Below, piece by piece: positions 56,148 through 60,117 of a stretch of 60,117 nucleotides of DNA. The DNA comes from Nannocystaceae bacterium (lineage in GTDB: Bacteria; Myxococcota_A; Polyangia; Nannocystales; Nannocystaceae): positions 1 through 60,117 of the forward strand of contig JAGOHL010000017.1 in NCBI GenBank assembly GCA_017996215.1, given 5' to 3'. Each line of letters starts with the position of its first letter. Position 1 is the stretch's first letter. Both the position numbers and the translations under genes were made by a program. The notes beneath the pieces were generated by a model. It made no database searches and was not told where the DNA came from. It saw only the letters and a program-made list of their open reading frames with translations.

Positions 56148-57196
56148 AGGCCCGCGGTACCCCCGACAAGGGTGGCGACACCCAGCGCCTGCTGGCGATC
56201 GACAGCGCCAGCGGCGAGGTCTTCGAACGCACCGTGGGCGAGCTGCCGCAGCTGCTGCGCGCCGGCGATCTGGTGGTGCTCAACGATGCCGCGACGATGC
56301 CGGCCTCGCTGCAAGCTCGGGCCAACGGTGCCGCGATCGAGCTGCGCCTGGCGGGCCCGCCCGAGCAGGGTCGCTGGCTCGCGGTGCTGTTCGGCGACGG
56401 CAGCTGGCGCGTCGACACCGACGCCCGACCGGCACCGCCGCGGCTGGAGCTGGGCGCACGCATCGAGCTCGACGGGCGCGTGCAGGCCCACGTGGTCGCG
56501 GTCGATCCCACGTCGACGCGGCTGGTGTGGCTGGCGTTCGACGTGCCGGAGGCAGCGGTCTGGTCGCTGCTGTATCGACGGGGTCAACCCGTGCAGTACT
56601 CGTACCTGGCGCACGCGCTCGCGCTGTCCGACGTGCAGACCAGCTATGCCGGGCGACCGTGGTCGGTCGAGATGCCGTCGGCCGGTCGACCGCTGACGAT
56701 CGCCACACTGTTGGCGCTGCGACGTCGTGGCATCGAGGTCGCGATGCTCACCCACGCCGCAGGGCTGTCGGCGACGGGTGATCCCGCGCTCGACGCCCGG
56801 TTGCCGCTGCCCGAGCGCTACGACCTGCCGGCGAGCACCGTCGTTGCGGTCGCGGCCGCGCGGGCACGGGGCGGCCGCGTCGTCGCGGTCGGGACCTCGG
56901 TCGTGCGCGCGCTCGAGGGCAGCGCGGCGCAGCACGGCGGCGTGCTGCGGGCCGGCTCGGGGCTCACCGATCTGCGGATCTCGCCGACGTTCACCCGTCG
57001 CGTCGTCGACGGCGTGCTCTCGGGCGTGCACGAGCCTGGCAGCAGCCACCACGCGCTGCTCGGAGCGTTCGCGGATGCATCGCTGCTGGAGCACGCCCAC
57101 GCGTGGGCGCTCGCCCACGACCTGCAGGTGCACGAGTTCGGCGACTCGACGCTGGTGCTGCCCGGCCTCGCCCACCGCGATCGGCTCGCGGCCTGA
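56144..57196 (+). CDS. QueA-like protein (S-adenosylmethionine:tRNA ribosyltransferase-isomerase family homolog)
   Basis: ATGA overlap with the SDR gene. Alignable to E. coli QueA blocks: GDLVVLNDAATMPASL ~ GDLLVFNNTRVIPARL; RGGRVVAVGTSVVRALE ~ RGNRVIAVGTTSVRSLE; DGVLSGVHEPGSSHHALLGAFA ~ [22 protein letters not shown]. Confidence 0.8.
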   Translation: MKARGTPDKGGDTQRLLAIDSASGEVFERTVGELPQLLRAGDLVVLNDAATMPASLQARANGAAIELRLAGPPEQGRWLAVLFGDGSWRVDTDARPAPPRLELGARIELDGRVQAHVVAVDPTSTRLVWLAFDVPEAAVWSLLYRRGQPVQYSYLAHALALSDVQTSYAGRPWSVEMPSAGRPLTIATLLALRRRGIEVAMLTHAAGLSATGDPALDARLPLPERYDLPASTVVAVAAARARGGRVVAVGTSVVRALEGSAAQHGGVLRAGSGLTDLRISPTFTRRVVDGVLSGVHEPGSSHHALLGAFADASLLEHAHAWALAHDLQVHEFGDSTLVLPGLAHRDRLAA

Positions 57197-57198
57197 CG

Positions 57199-58518
57199 TC
57201 ACTGCACGTCGAGCGTGTACATGCCACCGGCGGCCGCGGTGACGAACACGAACGCATCGTCCTGCGCGCCGACCTCGAGCGAAGCACCGCCGACCGGATC
57301 GACCACCGTGATGGTGTCGGTGATCGTGAACGCGCGCGCGCCGATGCCCGCGCCCGTGGCGGTGATCGTCAGCGGGCCGGGACCGATGAGGCGGTACACG
57401 TCGAAGCCACCGGGGTACACCGCGCCCGTGGCCCCGTCGCCCGCCACGAGATCGCCCTCGCGCGCGACCTCGCCGACGTCGAAGGTCTCGAAGCCGTAGC
57501 CGAGCTCGGGGCGGTCGGCGATCATCGCGACACCCATGTCGAGGAACACCGTGAAGGCATCATCGTCACCGACACTGGCGAGCGCGGCGTCGAGGCCGGC
57601 CCAGTCGTTGGCTGCCTCGGCCGTGATCGCGGTCATCAAGGGCGCGCCGCCGCGCTCGTAGAGATACGTGCCCCACAGCAGCCCCGCGCCATAGTTGAAG
57701 GTGCCGAAGTCGACGCCACCGGGGCCCCAGTCCTGGTCGGGGTCGAGGCGGAAGTCGTCGAGCCACTCGTCGTCGGTGAAGAAGCCGTTGGCGCTCATCG
57801 CCGCCTCGGCCATGCTCTCGTCGATCCACGCCACCTCGTCGGCGTCGTAGCCGCGATGGATGATGTGGTAGCTCTCGTGCGCTGCGATCGACAGCGCGTC
57901 GTCGCCGTCGAGCGGCGTGAGCACGGTACCGTCGAGGTGCAGCTGGGCATAGTCGCACCAGCTGCACAGGTAGCCATCACCCCCGCCGTTGGTGTCGACC
58001 ACGAAGATCGCGACCTTGCCCCCGGGCAGGCCCGCGGCATCGAGCGAGCCGAACACCGCCTCGTCGTTCACGATCACGCCCCTCTCCGGATCGATCGATC
58101 CCGCGGGCGTGAAGAGCTCGTAGCGATGCATGAAGCCGGCGACGTCACTCTGATCGATGCCCTGCTCCCAGAGGTCGTCGGCGACGATCAGGAAGGTGCG
58201 CTCGCCCTCGGCGCGGCAGGTACCGCTGACCGACGAGATCTGGTGGGTCTGCCCATCGTAGACCTGCGTCGAGGCCGGCATGCCGTAGCACGGCGAGTCG
58301 GTGTAGTCGGGCAGTCCGCCGGTGGTCGTGCCGCCGCTCGAGTCGGCCGCACCACCGGACGATCCGCCCGAGCTGCTACCGGTGCTGCCGTCGTGGCCGC
58401 CACTCGACGACTCGCCCGTCGTCGGGCCCGAGCTGCCGCTGCCGACGTCACCCCCACCTCCGGTGTCCGCGCACGCGAACAGCAGCATCGACACCGGCAC
58501 GCCCATCATCCGTCGCAT
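57199..58518 (-). CDS. Secreted lipoprotein with HExxH motif (putative zinc metallopeptidase), Gly/Ser-rich linker
   Basis: MRRMMGVPVSMLLFACADTGG signal/lipobox. AAHESYHIIHRG contains HExxH. No further family assignment. Confidence 0.65.
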   Translation of the reverse strand: MRRMMGVPVSMLLFACADTGGGGDVGSGSSGPTTGESSSGGHDGSTGSSSGGSSGGAADSSGGTTTGGLPDYTDSPCYGMPASTQVYDGQTHQISSVSGTCRAEGERTFLIVADDLWEQGIDQSDVAGFMHRYELFTPAGSIDPERGVIVNDEAVFGSLDAAGLPGGKVAIFVVDTNGGGDGYLCSWCDYAQLHLDGTVLTPLDGDDALSIAAHESYHIIHRGYDADEVAWIDESMAEAAMSANGFFTDDEWLDDFRLDPDQDWGPGGVDFGTFNYGAGLLWGTYLYERGGAPLMTAITAEAANDWAGLDAALASVGDDDAFTVFLDMGVAMIADRPELGYGFETFDVGEVAREGDLVAGDGATGAVYPGGFDVYRLIGPGPLTITATGAGIGARAFTITDTITVVDPVGGASLEVGAQDDAFVFVTAAAGGMYTLDVQ

Positions 58519-58638
58519 GCCGCGAAGCCTACGCCGATCGCCCGTGCCTGCGCGATCGGATTGCTCCGCGCGTGCCAGGGGGCTAGCGTTACGACGCGAA
58601 CGACCTCGCGCGCGGGCGCGAAGTCACATGTCTCCGAG

Positions 58639-59217
58639 ATGGCGCGCGCGCGACAGTTCGACGTCGAGATCGCGACCGATGCAGCGGTCGAGCTGTTCTG
58701 GGACCGCGGCTATACGGCGTGCTCGGTCCGCGATCTGTGCGAGGCGATGGCGCTGCAGCCCGGCAGCTTCTACGCGGCCTTCGGCAGCAAGCAGGCCTGC
58801 TTTCGTCGTGCACTCGAGCGCTACCTCGCACGGGAGGCCGAGCGCAACGGACTGCTGCGAGGCCCCGGGCCCGAGGCCATCCGCGCGTGGCTCGACACCA
58901 TCGCGTCGCCGCGCCGACGCCACCGCGGCTGCCTGCTGGTGAACACCGCCGTCGAGGGGCCCCACCTCGACGCACCGACCCGCGCGTTCGTGGCCGCGCG
59001 CATGGCCGCGATGGAGCACTTCTTCACCGCGTGTCTGGGCGGCGGCCCCGACGCCCACCGCGGCGCGGCCCTGGTGTCGAGCACGGTGATCGCGATCCAC
59101 GTGCTGGCCCGCGCCGGCACCACCGCCCCCCACCTGCGCAGCCTCGCCGACCAGACCCTCGGCACGCTGCAGCTGCCGCTGCTCGGCGGTTCGCGACGCT
59201 CGGCCCGGCGGGCTTGA
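58639..59217 (+). CDS. TetR family transcriptional regulator
   Basis: HTH region AAVELFWDRGYTACSVRDLCEAMALQPGSFYAAFGSKQACF. 192 aa. Confidence 0.85.
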   Translation: MARARQFDVEIATDAAVELFWDRGYTACSVRDLCEAMALQPGSFYAAFGSKQACFRRALERYLAREAERNGLLRGPGPEAIRAWLDTIASPRRRHRGCLLVNTAVEGPHLDAPTRAFVAARMAAMEHFFTACLGGGPDAHRGAALVSSTVIAIHVLARAGTTAPHLRSLADQTLGTLQLPLLGGSRRSARRA

Positions 59218-59247
59218 CGATTCTTGAGCGATCGCTCAAGAATCGTC
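59216..59247. promoter_or_regulatory. Perfect 32-bp palindrome GACGATTCTTGAGCGATCGCTCAAGAATCGTC: candidate TetR operator and/or bidirectional hairpin terminator
   Basis: Seen directly. It begins inside the TetR stop codon and ends 4 nt before the DUF1304 start. 16+16 nt perfect dyad symmetry. Confidence 0.6.
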
Positions 59248-59251
59248 GCCG

Positions 59252-59593
59252 ATGGCCGCCACCGTGATGACCCTGCTGGTCGCGTTCCTCCACATCGTCT
59301 TCATGGTGTTCGAGACGTTCCTGTGGACGACGCCCGGCGTGCGACGCCGCTTCGGCCAGAGCGCAGAACAAGCCGAGGCCACCCGCGTGCTCGCGGCCAA
59401 CCAGGGCGTGTACAACGGCGCGCTCGCAGGCGCGCTGGTGTGGGCCACCACCGCCGGCGACGTGCCGGCGACCCGCGTGCTGCTCGGCTTCGTGATCGTG
59501 GTCGGGCTGTACGGCGGCTTCACGGCCAAGCGCAGCATCTTGGTGCTGCAGGCGCTGCCGGCCGCGATCGCGCTGGCGCTGACGCTGGTCTGA
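59252..59593 (+). CDS. DUF1304 family membrane protein
   Basis: 113 aa with 3-4 TM segments. Sequence pattern (VAFLHIVFMVFETFLW...RRRFG...NQGVYNGALA) fits DUF1304 from memory. Confidence 0.7.
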   Translation: MAATVMTLLVAFLHIVFMVFETFLWTTPGVRRRFGQSAEQAEATRVLAANQGVYNGALAGALVWATTAGDVPATRVLLGFVIVVGLYGGFTAKRSILVLQALPAAIALALTLV

Positions 59594-59681
59594 CGAGCGC
59601 AGCCGCGAGCCTGCTCGCGACGGCCCAAATCGGTCCGCGGCTTGCCGCCCATGGCCACCGCGTTATCTCTCGATCGCGGCC

Positions 59682-60117
59682 ATGGCATCACTCGTCCAGC
59701 TCCAGCGCCGCCCCGGCGATTCCCCCGCGTCGTCACGTCCGGCCAAGGTGCTGCTCGTCTCGCCGCGCTACAGCTCGTCGTACTTCCCGATTGGCTTGGC
59801 CTACGTCTCTTCGTACATCCGCCAGTGCGGACACGAGGTCGTGGCGTGCAACCTCAACCACCACGATCACGACGCAGGTCGGGCCGAGCTGGCCCGGCTG
59901 CTGCGCGAGCACGCATTCGACGCCATCGGCATCACCGGGCTCACCGTCGCGTTCAACGCGATCGAGTCGTTGATCGAGTTCCTGCGCCCCCGCTGCGCTG
60001 CGCCCATCGTGCTGGGCGGCGGCATCACCTCGTGCGAGAGCGAGCTGGTGATGCGGACGCTGCGACCGGACTACATGGTCGTGAGCGAGGGTGAGCTGAT
60101 CTTCCGCGATCTGCTGG
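59682..60117 (+). CDS. B12-binding domain radical SAM protein, N-terminal fragment (runs off the window end)
   Basis: Open frame from ATG 59682 to the window end with no stop; it is not in the ORF track because it is incomplete. KVLLVSPRYSSSYFPIGLAYVSSYIRQCGHEV...FDAIGITGLT is the typical cobalamin-binding N-domain of class B radical SAM enzymes. Confidence 0.65.
   Translation, partial: MASLVQLQRRPGDSPASSRPAKVLLVSPRYSSSYFPIGLAYVSSYIRQCGHEVVACNLNHHDHDAGRAELARLLREHAFDAIGITGLTVAFNAIESLIEFLRPRCAAPIVLGGGITSCESELVMRTLRPDYMVVSEGELIFRDLL

Noticed and set aside
57103-58638. Upstream part of the 704-aa plus-strand ORF 57103-59217
   Set aside because: Antisense to the HExxH lipoprotein. Only the final 192-aa TetR portion with its own ATG is credible.
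59594-59681. Possible cobalamin riboswitch upstream of the B12-binding radical SAM gene
   Set aside because: The gap is only ~88 nt, too short for a cobalamin riboswitch, and no B12-box (rAGYCMGgAgaCCkGCcd-like) is visible.
1-60117. Scan for CRISPR arrays, tRNA/rRNA genes, IS elements or integrases
   Set aside because: No regularly spaced direct repeats with unique spacers. No GGTTCGA(A/T)TCC T-loop-like motifs in tRNA context. No transposase or integrase-like ORFs among the credible CDS.

Overview
This is a 60.1-kb window of very GC-rich DNA (about 70% GC, with strong GC3 bias in the real genes). It is densely coding: roughly 50 genes on both strands, no rRNA, tRNA or CRISPR detected by eye, and no obvious mobile elements. 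Several features point to a myxobacterial (Myxococcota) chromosome: a MYXO-CTERM sorting tail on a secreted metalloprotease, many lipoproteins with Cys-rich or low-complexity repeats, and a large Ser/Thr kinase translationally coupled to an ECF sigma factor.

Gene content, in order along the window:
- a C-terminal gene fragment at the window edge;
- a truncated Ku remnant;
- a BON-domain protein with W/R/G/D-rich disordered repeats;
- a Gfo/Idh/MocA oxidoreductase;
- a small protein with a histone-H1-like (KKPSSA)n tail;
- a PAS sensor histidine kinase;
- a Cys-rich repeat lipoprotein;
- a frameshifted lipoprotein;
- a PepSY-like lipoprotein;
- a DUF2293-like protein;
- two secreted hypothetical proteins (one with a dockerin-like repeat);
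- an STK–ECF sigma pair;
- an MFS transporter;
- a DJ-1/PfpI–YHS fusion;
- a SnoaL–methyltransferase fusion;
- a metzincin-type protease with a MYXO-CTERM tail;
- a SCO1–cytochrome c–YHS fusion;
- three secreted hypothetical proteins;
- a beta-helix/FG-GAP lipoprotein;
- an arylsulfotransferase–geranylgeranyl-reductase-like–PHB-depolymerase operon;
- a 12x Cys-rich repeat protein;
- an enoyl-CoA hydratase;
- egtB–egtD (ergothioneine);
- a spondin_N lipoprotein;
- an MscS channel;
- a small lipoprotein;
- nadA;
- a TetR–MFP–RND efflux operon;
- a DUF2167-like membrane protein;
- polysaccharide deacetylase–APC permease;
- a 1349-aa KAP-family transmembrane P-loop NTPase with an N-terminal Clp_N-like repeat module;
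- two tandem paralogous Cys-rich lipoproteins;
- a secreted hypothetical protein;
- an SDR–QueA-like coupled pair;
- an HExxH lipoprotein;
- TetR, then a perfect 32-bp palindrome, then DUF1304, then a partial B12-binding radical SAM gene.

The most interesting candidates for undescribed biology are the giant Clp_N–KAP NTPase (the KAP family includes the single-gene 'tmn' anti-phage NTPases), the YHS-domain copper/heme fusion proteins flanking the MYXO-CTERM protease, the STK–ECF coupling, and the SDR–QueA-like pair. All coordinates derive from the supplied ORF track plus in-frame start re-assignment. Domain calls come from recognised motifs only; no database search was run.
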